This document shows, in pieces, positions 1-13,286 of a DNA stretch of 64,000 nucleotides. The stretch covers positions 124,001-188,000 of the IMG/VR virus record IMGVR_UViG_3300045125_000071; one strand, 5' to 3'. The translations under genes and the position numbers were made by a program. Under the pieces are notes generated by a model. That model worked only from the letters and a program-made list of their open reading frames with translations. It was not told the origin of the DNA and did no database searches. Positions within the stretch are counted from its first letter, which is position 1, and every line of letters begins with the position of its first letter.

Positions 1-422
1 TTTGTTTCAGCTGCAACAGCAAATTGTCTACTTTTAGCTTTGTTTTTTTCTATTATTTTTATTATATCATCACCATTCAATACTGTTTTAGAATCCATTA
101 TTTCCTTAACAGCTAGCATTTTTGACGCTTCTTTTGTTTTTGGACCAACAGAAATACCTTTACCTAAAAATCCTGCTCTAATATCTGCATTAATAGCTGA
201 TTTTAATTCTTTTTCTAACAAAGAGAACTCTTTACCTAATGCTGCATTTATAGCTTTTTCAGTTGTTATGAATTCTCTCGCTAACAATGAAATTTTAGCA
301 TCTCTACTTAATGTTTTTAATTCTCTAGCAACTTTACTAATATCAACCTCACTCACCTCAAATTTTGATTCATTGATAAAATCACTAATTGTTTTTTTTG
401 GAATGGTTATATCTTTTTTCAT
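1..422 (-). CDS. hypothetical protein, 5' part (runs off window start)
   Basis: ATG at 422 (MKKDITIPKKTISDFINESKFEVSEVDISKVARELK...), open to the window edge; missing from the ORF track because it has no stop in the window. Confidence 0.7.
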   Translation of the reverse strand, partial: MKKDITIPKKTISDFINESKFEVSEVDISKVARELKTLSRDAKISLLAREFITTEKAINAALGKEFSLLEKELKSAINADIRAGFLGKGISVGPKTKEASKMLAVKEIMDSKTVLNGDDIIKIIEKNKAKSRQFAVAAET

Positions 423-442
423 ATTAAATTTTTTATTTTTTT

Positions 443-1614
443 TTAATCAAATGGGTCTTTACCACCATAATATTGGCGTATATTACTTAAAGTTTCTAAA
501 TTTTTTCGTTGTGTTTTATTTAATCCTGTTTTGTATGTTGCATATGTATCCACACCTTTTTCAAAACCATACAAAACACCACTAGTTGATGCACCAGCTT
601 TTAAAGCTGCTGGTGATTTCTTGCCTAATAATGATTCCAAAGATGATACAAACCTTTTCATTATTGATGAAAACCAGTCTAATGCTTGTGAAATAAAGCT
701 GGCACCTTTAGGAAAAGTTTTTGCCATTGCTGATTTTGCCTGAGTTAAAAATTTAGGAACTTTACTTGCACCAGAAATCATAGATTTTATTAAACTAGCT
801 AATTTAGGATTTTTACTTACTGCTACCTGTGCTTGTACTGGACTCATTTTTTTAGCGGTAATAAAGACGCTCTAGCGTTTTTTGCTAATACGCCAGTTGT
901 GACTAAACCTAAAATATCAGTACCTAAATCAAAAAAATGCCCTAGCATAGAATCATTTTTTCATTTTCTGGCCAATCATTAGAAGTAATCTGATATATAT
1001 CTAATGCGGTTATTATTGCCCATGGTATCCAATGAAATGCTAAACCAACACCCGTGGCAATTAAAATTGCGTCAGCAATCATAACAACTGTGCTATACAT
1101 AGCTTCTTTTAATTTTCTGAAAACCCAACGTACACCCTTTGCTAAGGAAACTAAAATTTCTTTCCACTCACCTTTTGAGATTACAACACCAAATTCTTTT
1201 AATCCTTCCCAACCTTCTATAAACGCATCTTTTACACCCTTCCCAGCATCAGCTAATTTTTCACCAAACCACGTATCTTGAAAAAATTCCATTCTAATAA
1301 TATATTTCTTAGACCATGTAAATTTTGCTTTTCTTCAAATATTGGTAATTTTAAAATATTTTCTTTAATATTTTGATATTCTTTATTATTTTCTAACGAT
1401 ATGTTATTAAATATTGTTTTGAAGATATCAATTGAATCCCATAAGTTACCCAAACTACGTTGTTCTTTTATATCAAATACATCATCTTGTAGAATGAAAT
1501 ATCTACCATCAACGGTTGTACATAATTCAAAAATGTAATTTCTTTTGTTTTTTAAATTATACAATCCCTTAATTCTATTTTTTCGGATTCGTTTAAGTTA
1601 AACGGTGTATACAT
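443..1614 (-). CDS. hypothetical, probably virion-associated protein (~3 homopolymer frameshifts)
   Basis: Track ORFs 1253-1564, 942-1292 and 443-847 join at homopolymer runs; start MYTPFNLNESEKNRIKGLY preceded by a TATTTAT motif. Confidence 0.6.
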
Positions 1615-1644
1615 TTTTCTAGTTTACAATATATAAATATACAA

Positions 1645-2317
1645 TTATAGTAAAGTGTTCCCCTTTCCTCTTTTAAAGATTGTCCAACAACATCTTTCCA
1701 TTTTGTAACAGCAATTTGATTTGCAGGACCTCTTGTAACACCGCTTTCCCATTTTGTTACTTGTGGGTATCCAGTACCACCGCCTTGTGTTGGTGTTGTT
1801 GATGCAGCAGCTGCGGCATCCTGTTCTTTCATTTCTTTTTTATTATTATAATAATTCAATATAAAATCATTTCCATACCCAGTACTAGATATTTCTTCTA
1901 TTGAAACTTCAATTGGTTCAATATTATTTTTTTCTCTTTATAATCTTCTAATTTTTCGGCACCAAAACCCTCAAAATATACTATAGGTTTACCATTAACC
2001 ATTTTAGATGCAATAATTTTACTTATTTTAGACACCCCCCAACCCTCTTCCTGGGATTCTCTATATGCAGCATCTATTGGTTTTTCATTTTTTTCCACCT
2101 TACCACCAGGTAAACCAATTTTCTTATTTTCAGATTTTTCATAGGGTCTAGTTGTTGCAGCAATTTTATTGTTTGGTAATTTAATAACCACAAACGCAGC
2201 AAACGCATTATCCTCCTCTTCTTCAGATAATTCTCTATAACCTTTACCTTCTTCTATAATTAATTTGTCAATTAATCTGCGTATTTGTTCTTCCTTGACA
2301 ACAACTATTTTATTCAT
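1645..2317 (-). CDS. NUDIX hydrolase fused to a C-terminal KWESGVTRGPANQI domain (frameshifted)
   Basis: Nudix box GLPGGKVEKNEKPIDAAYRESQEEG; reading continues across an A-run into ORF 1593-1859. Confidence 0.75.
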
Positions 2318-2682
2318 CTTCGTCATATATTGAATTATCTTTTTTGGCATACATTTTTATGTATTGTCCCGTTTTGCATTTGCTTCGTCTTCAATTTCAT
2401 ACCCAATATCTGGCGGTCTTACTTTTAATCTACCATCTTCCCATTGTTTATGGTGAACAAGTTCATGTGCAAGACTACGCATAACGTCAACTAACGCCCT
2501 ATTTTTACCGTTTATTTTGATTATCTTATTCTCCTTAGTATAATCGTAATTAGCGGTTGTTTTAAGCTCCTTTCTACCATTCTGTATCGAAATAGTTGGT
2601 ATGTTTTCAATTTGTAATTCTTTTTTTACAAATTTAGCAAAATCATTTAACGTATTTTTCTTTTTTCTGATAAAAAACTCAT
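2310..2682 (-). CDS. HExxH zinc metallopeptidase-like protein (frameshifted)
   Basis: SLAHELVHHKQ followed by EIEDEANAKAG. Confidence 0.6.
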
Positions 2683-2693
2683 AATAATAAATA

Positions 2694-2939
2694 TTATAAA
2701 AATTCTTCTTTTGGCGGTTCATTATGTTTATAAAACTCGATTAATAATTCAGAAACAAAATCTTCATCAATATCCTCCATATCTTTTTTGGTTATTATTG
2801 TTGGAGAATTTAATTCAATGTCTCTAAATAATAATTCATCTAACCTATAAGTATTTTCGGCATCACCCATAAAAGAAAATTCAACCTGGAGCGTTTGGGT
2901 TTTATCGTTGTAATAAAAGTTATGTATAATCATATTCAA
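2694..2939 (-). CDS. hypothetical protein
   Basis: 81-aa acidic ORF co-oriented with neighbours. Confidence 0.6.
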   Translation of the reverse strand: MNMIIHNFYYNDKTQTLQVEFSFMGDAENTYRLDELLFRDIELNSPTIITKKDMEDIDEDFVSELLIEFYKHNEPPKEEFL

Positions 2940-3017
2940 GTACTGATAATTATATTCATTTTTATCAAAATTTTATATTATATATGAAATTGATAAAATT
3001 TATTATAATTAATTAAT

Positions 3018-3224
3018 ATGGACTGGTATATTATTGAATATTTGTATCCCGAATCTTATAAATTGTTTATAAAAACAATGTATCCAAATACTGGATTAAT
3101 TAGTTTATCAGTATTAAAAAATTTTGATTTAAAAAAGTTGTACAGTTTTTTTGATAAACAAGAAATTTATCTTATATTAGAATTAAATAACACAAACCAG
3201 TGGAATTATATAATAAAAAAATGA
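3018..3224 (+). CDS. hypothetical protein (probably extends past a frameshift)
   Basis: ORF track; AT-rich leader. Confidence 0.45.
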   Translation: MDWYIIEYLYPESYKLFIKTMYPNTGLISLSVLKNFDLKKLYSFFDKQEIYLILELNNTNQWNYIIKK

Positions 3225-3641
3225 CACTTTTTTAAGTTCAAATTCATTAACCAGAAGTACAAGAGATGAAATTGAATCTGATGGTTTTATGCAATGTTTT
3301 AAATTTTTAGAAGTTGTTATAAATAATAAACAAAAAGTATGAAAGATTATTACACATTTGATTTTTATTTTGATTATTTATTACAAGCAATAAAAACTAT
3401 TACACACAAATAATAATACCGAATTTGAAATTAACACTGTTTATGAGTGGGTATTAATTATTGAAGATAAAACGCTTTTACGTTATAAAAACAGAAACTC
3501 AATAATATCTTATAGTAATGATTTAGAATTATTTATTGAATTAATTGATTATTTAATATCATTATTTGAAAAATCTGAGGAATATGAAAAATGTGAAAGG
3601 CTGCTAAATAGAAAAATTGAATGTAAACTTATTTAATATTT

Positions 3642-3866
3642 TTACTTAACTGTTTGGTAAAAAATATAAGACAACCAAAAACAACCTGAAATTGAATAAA
3701 AAATAATATCTGCACCCCAGTATGAGCCAGTGATTTCCATCATTAATTTGAACAATGCGTCGTAACCAAATGGGAGAAAAAACATCGCTAACATAAGTGA
3801 TATATCTCTGTAGAATTCCAACCTTTTCGCTTTGTCTTTCAAAGATTTTAATTTGTTTATCGCCAT
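3642..3866 (-). CDS. small membrane protein
   Basis: Two hydrophobic segments (ISLMLAMFFLPFG; IIFYSISGCFWLSYIF). Confidence 0.55.
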   Translation of the reverse strand: MAINKLKSLKDKAKRLEFYRDISLMLAMFFLPFGYDALFKLMMEITGSYWGADIIFYSISGCFWLSYIFYQTVK

Positions 3867-3893
3867 CGTCCATATTAAGGTTAATTATGCCGT

Positions 3894-4106
3894 TTATTGT
3901 TCATTAAAAACATTTCTTACATAATGCATGTCTCCATTGTGCTTAACCCAAATCTTACAATTTTCGTGATTACAATTAATATCACTACATAATTTTGTTA
4001 AATGAATATTGTCACAATATGTTTTTGCATCAATTATTTCATCATCAAATTCCTCCTCAATTAAATTCAAAGGACTACCATTATAATATCTTACTTTTCT
4101 TATCAT
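3894..4106 (-). CDS. hypothetical protein
   Basis: 70-aa ORF with Cys/His cluster. Confidence 0.5.
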   Translation of the reverse strand: MIRKVRYYNGSPLNLIEEEFDDEIIDAKTYCDNIHLTKLCSDINCNHENCKIWVKHNGDMHYVRNVFNEQ

Positions 4107-4224
4107 GATTCTTTTCTTTCTTTTTTCGGGTAAAATTCAAACCTGTTATGTTCTGTTGGTGTCGCTAATAAAATACCAGGTTTAATTTTATCTTTTAAAG
4201 TTTCTTGATAAATATAATGTTTTA

Positions 4225-4510
4225 ACTAAAAAATAATAAAAGTATTAGAACACTTGAATTAATTGGATGCAGTTATGATGAATTAATTAAATTCATTGAA
4301 AATAAATTTATTGATAGTATGAATTGGAATAATTACGGTTATTATGGTTGGCATATTGACCACATCAAACCATTATCTTCAGCAAAAAATGAATTTGAAT
4401 TAATTAAATTATTTCATTATACTAATTTACAACCTTTATGGTGGAAAGATAATCTAAGTAAAAATGGTAAATACATTCCTCAACATTCTTTTCTTAATTC
4501 ATTAGAATAA
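4225..4510 (+). pseudogene. HNH homing endonuclease remnant
   Basis: TLELIGCSYDELIKFIENKF-MNWNNYG-WHIDHIKPL-HYTNLQPLW-NLSK HNH motif; no intact N-terminus; antisense to neighbours. Confidence 0.7.
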
Positions 4511-6849
4511 TGGTCAAATCTATTGTGTTCTGTTGGGGTCATAAGTAATATTCCAGGGTATAATTCATTTTTTTTAACAAGTTGATACATAAAACTCATT
4601 AACGTCTGTTCAAATGGTGATTGGAATTTTGTATTTATAAACATTTTTTTATTACCTATTCTACTAACTATTTGTGGCCAATTACAATAGTACACCTCAC
4701 CCGTAGCGTATGGTACATTTTTATATGATAATATTTTATTAAAATTTGTTTTTTGGGGCGTTTGAGTCTAAACCAAATTTTGGTAAATCATAATTATTTG
4801 GCCAAAAAGTTGTTCTAATATTTTGTGGTACATTATACCATGCCCATTGAGTTCCATTATCACCATAAAATTCGGAATAATTTAATTTTAAAAAATCAAA
4901 ATTTTCTATTTGCATAATCTCCAAAGATATTTTATATAAATTATTAATATATCTTCTAAAACCATTTCTACAAATTGAGTCTTTTTCTGGATAAAAAAAC
5001 ATATCATCCTCAAAGAAATAATAATAATCTAAATTTGTTTCATTTTGAAAATGTTCAGCTATAAATTGTCTACCACCAGATATACCTATATTGTCTTTTT
5101 TTATATGTTCAAATCCATATTGTTCACATAATTCTTCATATTTTGAAGTTGTTGATAAATCTGTTGAATTATTAAGCAAATATTTTTTCGGTTTTTCTAT
5201 ATAATTTTTATCATATTCTAACATCGATTCTATCAACACTTCAAATTGTTTTGGACTATTAAATGTTATTACATATAAACCAACATTATTAATGTCTAAA
5301 TTATTTTGAATTTTTATATTTTCAGATTTTTCCCGTTTTACTGTTAAATTATCGTTTTTTAAATTTTCAAAAAAGGTACCTAATAAACCATTATATTCAA
5401 TTTCATAATATTGAATTAATTCTGGGTATTTATATGTCATGATAGTGAATATACTTTCTTCAGTACCCATATAACCTTCATTTAGGCTATCATATAACAA
5501 AGTATAATAAATGTTATTTATTTCACCTATAACATCTTTTGGTCCACCAAATATCCCACCACGAGCAACTTTATTTACTTCAGCATCCGCATAGTTACAA
5601 ATTGCATTATATTCAAAACCGTGAATTTCTGTTTTACCATCATAAGGAAAACAAACAAATGAAAAATCATCAAAATATTTTTCTAATTTTTGTATAACCC
5701 TATCTTGCCAAAAATAACCTTCATGTACAGTATTCGTCAAACCACCGTCAACCCAAATCAAATGTGTTGAATCAAATTTATCCATTATTTTAGCATCATT
5801 CAATAAAAACATTTTAGACATTACAATCGGATTGTACATTTCCAATTTTGCTTGCGTACTATCTTTTAACCATTCAGCTTGATTATACCATTCAGGTTTA
5901 TTTCTAATTTCTTGTATTTTATTAAAAATATCAAAATTATTTTTGAACCAATCTAATTCTTTTATTATTATTTGCGTGTTTTCAAATTTTCTTCTATTTT
6001 CAACAAAATCTTTATATTTTGATTCTATAAAAATAATCATATTATCTTCTGTTTTTAGAAGTTTTTCTAGATTAATTAGATAATGTTCAAAACCTCTATT
6101 CCATCCTTCAGATAATTCATTTCTTTTTATATCCCATATTCCAGTAACTATTGTTACATTTTTTCTTACGTTATTATTTGATTTTTTAAATAATGTTTCA
6201 TGCAAATCGTTTCTTAATCCAACGATATCTTGACCATTAATTTCATAGATATATTTGTTATCCATGAATATTTTTTTAATGTCTTCTTGCTCTTCAATAT
6301 TTAAATTTATCCATTCGAGTCTTATAACCGATGGTTTATATTTTTCTAAATCAATTTGTTTAAATATTTTATAATCATGACCTTCCGCGTCAATTTTAAC
6401 AACATCAAAGTTTTCAATGTTGTGTTTTTTTAACACGGTTTCAAATCTTAAACAATTAACTTGTACTATTTTACCATACTTGTTAACAGTATCCTTATCA
6501 CCTTCACTTCCTAATCCGTTTTTTGGTGGATATACGGCACTCATACCGTAAAAACAACTATGTACAACTCCATTATCTATAACATCCCTATCAATTGTTA
6601 ACATATCTATCGTACCATCATAATCTGATATTGCACAATTTTCAAAAAATTTGAACCGCCTATGTTATTTTTTAATTTTTCAAAAAGATATGGTATTGGT
6701 TCGACATACAAACCAATAAAATTATACATATTTGTATAGCCAATCATCTCATCAAACATGACACCATCCATAGCGCCGATATTGATAACAAAAACATTCT
6801 TTTGTTTCTTTCCTATATAATGAAGAGCCTTATCAAAAAAATTACTCAT
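4480..6849 (-). CDS. multidomain protein: FkbM-type methyltransferase + HtrL/WlaTC-like glycosyltransferase + GT-A-like domain (frameshifted)
   Basis: INIGAMDG / VVKIDAEGHDY (FkbM); TIVTGIWDIKR...MSKMFLLNDA...WVDGG (HtrL-like); YYYFFEDD DxD-like motif; track ORFs 6607-6849, 4739-6604 and 4480-4695 join. Confidence 0.7.
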
Positions 6850-7460
6850 TTAATTTTTTATTTTACAAACCCAAACAATTTTATCAAAAGAATCTTTTTC
6901 AATTGATTCCAAATTATATTGTTCACAAACATCTTTTATATCATCATCTTTTATTTCACACCAATTCCAGATTTTATCATAGTAGTTATCTTCAAAATTT
7001 TGTAAATCACTACAATAATCATGCGCCATTATAATATCACCTGGTTTTAAATATTCAGACAATTGATTGAATTCTTTTACTTTATTTCCACCATCACAAA
7101 TGATTAATGTTTTACCATCATTTTGTATGTATGGAACAATGTAATCTTTTTTATCAAAATATAATCATTACCTTGACCAAATAAATTCTCACTTGAAATT
7201 TCTAAATTCTGCATTTCATTAAGTTTATCGTGAAATGAATTATGGTTTATATCATAAGATTTAATGATAGTGTCATATAAACCCAATTCATTTAAAGTAT
7301 CTCTTAAAAAATGTGTAAATCCGCCAGCACCAGTACCAATTTCTAGAATTCTATTTGGTTTATATTTTTCTAAAAAATACGTAAATACTTGAACGAAATC
7401 TTCATGTTGTTGTAACATTGTTCCTTTATATACTGATATACCAGTAATTGGTTTTTTCAT
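6850..7460 (-). CDS. class I SAM-dependent methyltransferase (CmcI-like; frameshifted)
   Basis: ILEIGTGAGG motif I; YLKPGDIIMAHDY. Confidence 0.7.
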
Positions 7461-7463
7461 ACT

Positions 7464-8307
7464 TTAATTATTTAGTTTTTCAAAAATATTATAAAAATAA
7501 ATTTCATCTTGAAAGTTATATTTTGCCATATCACTATCTTCATGATGCCATGTTGTAAAAAATTGCGGGTTAAAAATTTCCGTGTGCCTATCGTACAATA
7601 ATGTTAATAAATGTTCTTCTCTATCAAGACCACCAAATTGAACCATTTCATTTATAGCATTTTCATAATTTAGTAAAAAAATTTTTAATAATTCAACATC
7701 GCCACCAAATAAACCGCCAATAACATGTGAAGTTATATTTTTTGGGTTGGTCAAATAAAAATTTGGATTAGGTGATGAATCCATAATATGTTTTTCTTGT
7801 GTTGCAACTATAATCACTATTTTATCTAAACTATTCAACCCACTAACTAATTTAGGATTAAATAATGTACAATTAAAATATGAATTAAATCCTACACCAT
7901 CTATATATTTGTTTGGGAATAAACCACCATATGATAAACCGCAATCAATCCAATATATATAATCATAATTTTCATGTAAATGATTTTTCATCCAGATAAA
8001 TTTTCCATGCATCACTTCATTGCACCTATCTGTTTTAACATTATTCATTTTTTCTTGAAAATAATTATGATACGGGTGTTTAAATAAATCATATTCAATA
8101 AATCTTATTAATTGATTTGAATTTTGTGATATAAATTTTTCTTGTAAATTATTTATTTCACTTGGACTGGTATAAATTACAAAATCGGCTTCGGTTTTCA
8201 ATAATGTTTTTAAGGAATTAAAATAATGGTGGTATCTACCAGTTCTACCACCTAATTTCGTGTTATCTAACCCATCATAAAAACAAGTAACAAATAATGT
8301 TTTTCAT
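7464..8307 (-). CDS. HtrL/WlaTC-like glycosyltransferase (frameshift near start)
   Basis: N-terminus LFVTCFYD; YIYWIDCGL; HVIGGLFGG; resembles the middle domain of 4480-6849. Confidence 0.6.
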
Positions 8308-8949
8308 AATATTATTTTTAAAAAATACATGATTAATTGGTTTATCAAAATTATCTTCTGGCCACAACCACCTACATAATAATCGTTTATCGGTTCAACA
8401 GGAAAACTATTAATATATTTTGAGCAATGTATTAATATTGAATCTTCAAAAATTGGTTTTAATTTGGTTCTTAAAAATTGTTGGTCGGAATCGTACCCCC
8501 ATTTATCCCAACCGTCCATTAATTTTTTTATAACAACCTTATCATTTTTTTAATCCCCACATACCACCCATTATATCAAAGTGTGAAATATTGTCTCTAA
8601 TAGAGTGCAATAACATGTCTGATTCTATAAATAAATCAACACATTTCTTTTCTCTATATGATAACCTAGCATCCGCATCCCTAACAATCATGATTTCCAC
8701 ATCGTCATCATCTATAGCTAAAAACCTCCACATCATTTGAAATATATCTTTACGATTTTCCATATTAATCAATTCAACATTATCATAAGTTTCTAAAATT
8801 GATATAGTATTTGATGATACCGAATCGTCATAATATACCCTACAAATCCAATCTGGGTATATTATTTTTGCCAACTCAATATTACAAATCATTCCTTTGG
8901 AATATCTTAAATCAGAACCATAAAGAGAAAATGATATTATTTTTTTCAT
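8304..8949 (-). CDS. putative glycosyltransferase-associated protein (frameshifted)
   Basis: IISFSLYG...YPDWICRVY...MMWRF...RDADARLSYRE motif set typical of glycan clusters; joins ORF 8304-8519. Confidence 0.6.
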
Positions 8950-9896
8950 AATAAATTTTTATGGTATGTGTCAAAAATTTCTAATAACATATTTTCAGAA
9001 TTATATGGGTCTACAGGTTTATGGTGTATATTATTTAATATACCATATGAAATAAAATTACTAATCCAACAATAATTATTAAATAGATATATTTTTTTAC
9101 TAAATGAAAATAAAATAAATTCTATTAGACAATATTCCCAATAATCATTATCGTTATAGTCTCTATTAACTGTTTTTTTATAATCTTCATCTAATAATAT
9201 AAAATTGTTATACATTTTTTTTAATGTATTTTTTATTTCAATATTATTTGAAAAAACTAAAATTTTATTTTCATTTTTTGCAATTTTTTTGATGTGTGTT
9301 AAAGCATCATCAGTAAATTCAATATAACCTTTAAATATATAATCTCTAACCGCAAAAGGTGTTTTATTGTTATTCAAAATATTATCATTAAAATAATCTG
9401 CAATATCATCCAAATCCCTAAAATGCATGATACTAAAACTATCTAATTCATATTTTATTTTTATATTTTTTACTTTTTCAATTATTGAATTTGAAAATTT
9501 TGGGTAATCATCATATTTTTCTATTGTTTGATTACCAAGTCTAGATAAGTTTATATATGGGAAATCTAAATCATCGTTAAAATTAGTTGGAGCAAAAACA
9601 TCATAACAATGCATACCAGTTATCCATTCATTTATTGGAAAAATTAGTTTATAATCACCTAATGATTCACAAGACTGTGCAACATTTGTAATTATAATAT
9701 CATCAAAATAATTGTAATATTTTTTTCAAATAGATTTATAAAATCAATCTCTCTTTTAGAATTAAAAATTAATATTATATTATAATTTTTTCTTTTAATT
9801 GTTTTGATAAAAAATAAATTTCACAAAAATAGGTATAAAAATCTCCAATACCCGAAGTAAAATTTATTTGTATATAAATCAAATTATTGTTCCCAT
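8946..9896 (-). CDS. putative fucosyltransferase-like glycosyltransferase (frameshifted, start approximate)
   Basis: N-terminal FTSGIGD, IMHFR, LIEFILFS...SNF pattern resembling GT-B fucosyltransferases. Confidence 0.4.
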
Positions 9897-10824
9897 TCAT
9901 CCAAACCTAAAAGTTTATATGTTAAATTTATACTACCATTTAGGGATAGATAATCATCATAATATTTCCTGGCGTTTTTTGATATAAAATTTAAAAAATC
10001 AATATCATCTTTAACTTCCAAAAATTTATCGGTAATCATTTTTGCGTGAGATGCATTACCTAATCTATCTATTATTAAATCCGTAGGTTTTTCTATTGAA
10101 ATGTAATGAAAATTTGGAATTAACGGTATTGCCATTTTGTTGATATATTCAAATCTTATGATTGGAACACCTAAACCAAAATTTTCAACATCCCTATAAC
10201 AAAATTCACCTCTCCCTGATATTGATAATGCTACTTTATATTTTATTAAATCTCTAGCATATGCATCAAAATTACCCATAGGAAGACCGCCTTCAAAAAA
10301 TTCACTATTAAAATATGAAAGTATTTTTCTATCTTCTATGGATGTACCTCTAAAATAAAATTTATCTATAAAATTTGATATGTTATTTCTTTCACTATAG
10401 ATTGAATCTATATCGTATAAATTAGATGGAAAATAAATCCATGGTGAATATTTTGATAAATTATCTTGACCAACATGTCTAATCAATTTATTTTCATCAA
10501 ATTGTGAAAAGATAATTTTTTTGCAAAGCGGATTAGGATGGTGATTTAAAATAGCGCCTGTCAAATCGTCAGAAACAGATAAAACAACAAATTCAGAAGT
10601 CTCTTTATTTTCTATAATCATTTCACACTCTAGCATAAATGACTTAGTAATATCATTCAATAATTCAACAGGATAATATGAAATGTTTGCTTTATCGTAA
10701 TAAACATCTTCTATTACATCAAATTTTTGTTTTAAATGTTCTATAAAATTTTTAAAAAAATATTATAATATCTATAATTCCAGGAATGTTCATTTTGGGG
10801 TGTATGTATTATAATTTTAGTCAT
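9884..10824 (-). CDS. putative glycosyltransferase (GT47/GT90-like C-terminus; frameshifted)
   Basis: FYFRGT...YKVALSISGRGEFCYRDVENFGLGVPII. Confidence 0.5.
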
Positions 10825-10833
10825 CATTTATAA

Positions 10834-12080
10834 TTATAAATTACCAATTATTCTCTCACACCAACCCTTAGTACTACTATATGGCCAAACAACCCAATAT
10901 TTCGGTTTTATATCTGTTTGAAATTCTCTCCATACCTTACAATATCCATCTGGGTCATTTTTCATTCTATTTATCTCATTCCTATCCGCATCTTTTCTGA
11001 AGATTGTTTCGTCATTTTCATCATGAAACGCAACAGCCCAAAATTCATAATCATTTTCTGGAACCTTATCATAACCAATATCAATACAATGTTTAAATAT
11101 TTTTAAAAGGAATTTTCAAAATCTTCACCATATAATGGTGGATTTGGTGCTATGTTGTTATCCAACGTATATTTTTGTATTGCACGTTTTTTAAATGAAA
11201 TACCAGCATATCTTTCATAATCTTCCAAAGTTCTTTCTTTTTCCAAAATCATATGGTCCGAAATCAATATCTTTAACTTCACCATCCATTTCGAAAAGTT
11301 TTCTATTCTTTTTATGTGAGATATTGTTTTTTTCAACCCATTTTTATCATCGTCCCATTGCTTTGTTCTACCTTTTCTAGTATACTCATGCCAAACAACG
11401 ACTTTATGTGGGTGAAATAAATCGTAACCCCAGGTATACGCTCTAACAGCAATTGAAATTTCTTCACCATGAAAATAATAATCTGGGTCATGGGGCACTT
11501 CTAAAACAAATTGACCTAGTGTGAATGCAAAATGTGCAGAATAAAATCTCGCTGGAATTGGTTCATTCAATTCTTGATAATTATCAATGGATGCTGGTAA
11601 AAAGAATATTGCGCCTTCTGGTATGAATCTATCAAAATTCATTTTCCAAGGAATCATTATTCTTGATTCTGAGTCATTATCTGGGTCAAATGAAGATACG
11701 TAACCAGTCAATAACGGTTTTTTATGACCTTTATCTTGTAGTTGCTTAATCATGTTTATACATTCCTCATCCCAATTTTCAACAAATCTGTGATGAGAAT
11801 CTATTTGTAGTGTATAGTCTTCACCATTGTAATTCTGTTGTAATGTATTTCTTGCCCAACAGGCACCTTTTGAATCTAAATAGTTAATGTCAACAATTTT
11901 GAACCTACCATCATCTTTAAATTCGTCTAAATTATCCCATTCATCACTCAATGAATGTTGCCAAGCAATAGAAAATACCAAATTTTCAGGGTATTTTGCG
12001 TTTTTTATACAATCTTTAATTGTTGGAATTAATTGCGGGTCTCTATAAGACGCAATTTGAACAAATATTTTATTATTCAT
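10834..12080 (-). CDS. GlcNAc-transferase family (Skp1-type) glycosyltransferase (frameshifted)
   Basis: IFVQIASYRD, LQIDSHHRF, YFHGEEI, HEYTR motifs. Confidence 0.75.
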
Positions 12081-12189
12081 GATTTTTTAGTGTATTTATA
12101 AAATATAGGTAAAGATGTTGAAAAAATACACCTATAAATTTTTTTACAATAAAAAATCTTTACATTTATTAAAAACATAATTTAATTAT

Positions 12190-12536
12190 ATGGATAAAAT
12201 ATATCAACCAGAAATTGTTTTGAAAAGTAACCAAATTGTTGATTTACTTGTAGATATAAATTTTTTAAAGAGAATGATATTGAAAAAACAGAATTTGCAT
12301 TAAATTACTTTAATGTAAAACTTACAGAAAAATTTATTAATGGTGAATTAAGTGATGATGACGTATTTTCTGAAAATGAAATGGAAACTTGTCTAAAAGA
12401 AATTATTGTTGGTTCAACATTACAACAATTAAAAGAAAAGGGTTACATAAATTCATACGAGGATGAAAATACTGAGGAAGTATTTTTAACAGAAGACAGT
12501 AAAGAGTATATAAAAAATATGAAAGATTTGGATTAA
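12190..12536 (+). CDS. hypothetical acidic protein (frameshifted)
   Basis: MDKIYQPEIVLKSNQ...; joined by eye across T-runs. Confidence 0.45.
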
Positions 12537-12537
12537 T

Positions 12538-13286
12538 CTAATTCGAAAGTGTCTTTAAATTCTTTACCAGATTCTTTATAACTTTTATTTGTTTCATCTT
12601 TATGTTTTCGGTGAATTGCCAATTCCAGCATAACTCATTTTTTACATCAAAACCATAAAAAGTTAACACTTGTTTTTGAACTTTTACAACATCGGAACCC
12701 CGCCAATTTTGTCCAACAGCGATAATACCACAAGAAATATCTTTAATAAGATTAGATTCACCCAAAGTAGAATGTCTATTTTCCAACCAGGTTAATCTTT
12801 CAATCAAATTTTGATAATGTGAATTCATTTGACCCCATCTAATGCTACCAAAAAACAATACACAATCAGATTCGAATAATTCTTTACTTATTTTCCATAA
12901 CTCATCATCGGGATTATTGATGTTTCTCCAACATCTATGGTTCCCAGTTGGATTTTGTCTTTATCTTTTAATGCCGCTTTTTTAATCCACATTCATTACC
13001 TTTCATATGCGAAACATTTGCTTCACATGCATAAATTTTCAATTCTGGTACTTCGATTAACTTACATTTTGATTTTCCTAAGTAAGATTGTATTGCTTCT
13101 GCTAATATTGTTGATTTCGGTTTCTCTTTCAATTCCTTTGCTGCCCATCCGCCGCGATTTGAAGTTGTAAGAAACAATATTTTTCTTTCCTTCTAGAAAC
13201 TTAACTGTCTTAATTAATTTTTTATAATGAGGATTGTCTTTTTTAAGATTTGGGTCAATCTCCTCTAATATTTTGATTAGTTCCAT
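12538..13286 (-). CDS. flavodoxin-like NAD(P)H-dependent FMN reductase / iron-sulfur flavoprotein (frameshifted)
   Basis: FLTTSNR...KS..LAE; IYACEAN..C..C; DDEL..ISKELFESDCIVFFGSIRWG; three track ORFs join. Confidence 0.65.

Noticed and set aside
40-585. 181-aa plus-strand ORF
   Set aside because: Antisense shadow of the minus-strand gene starting at 422.
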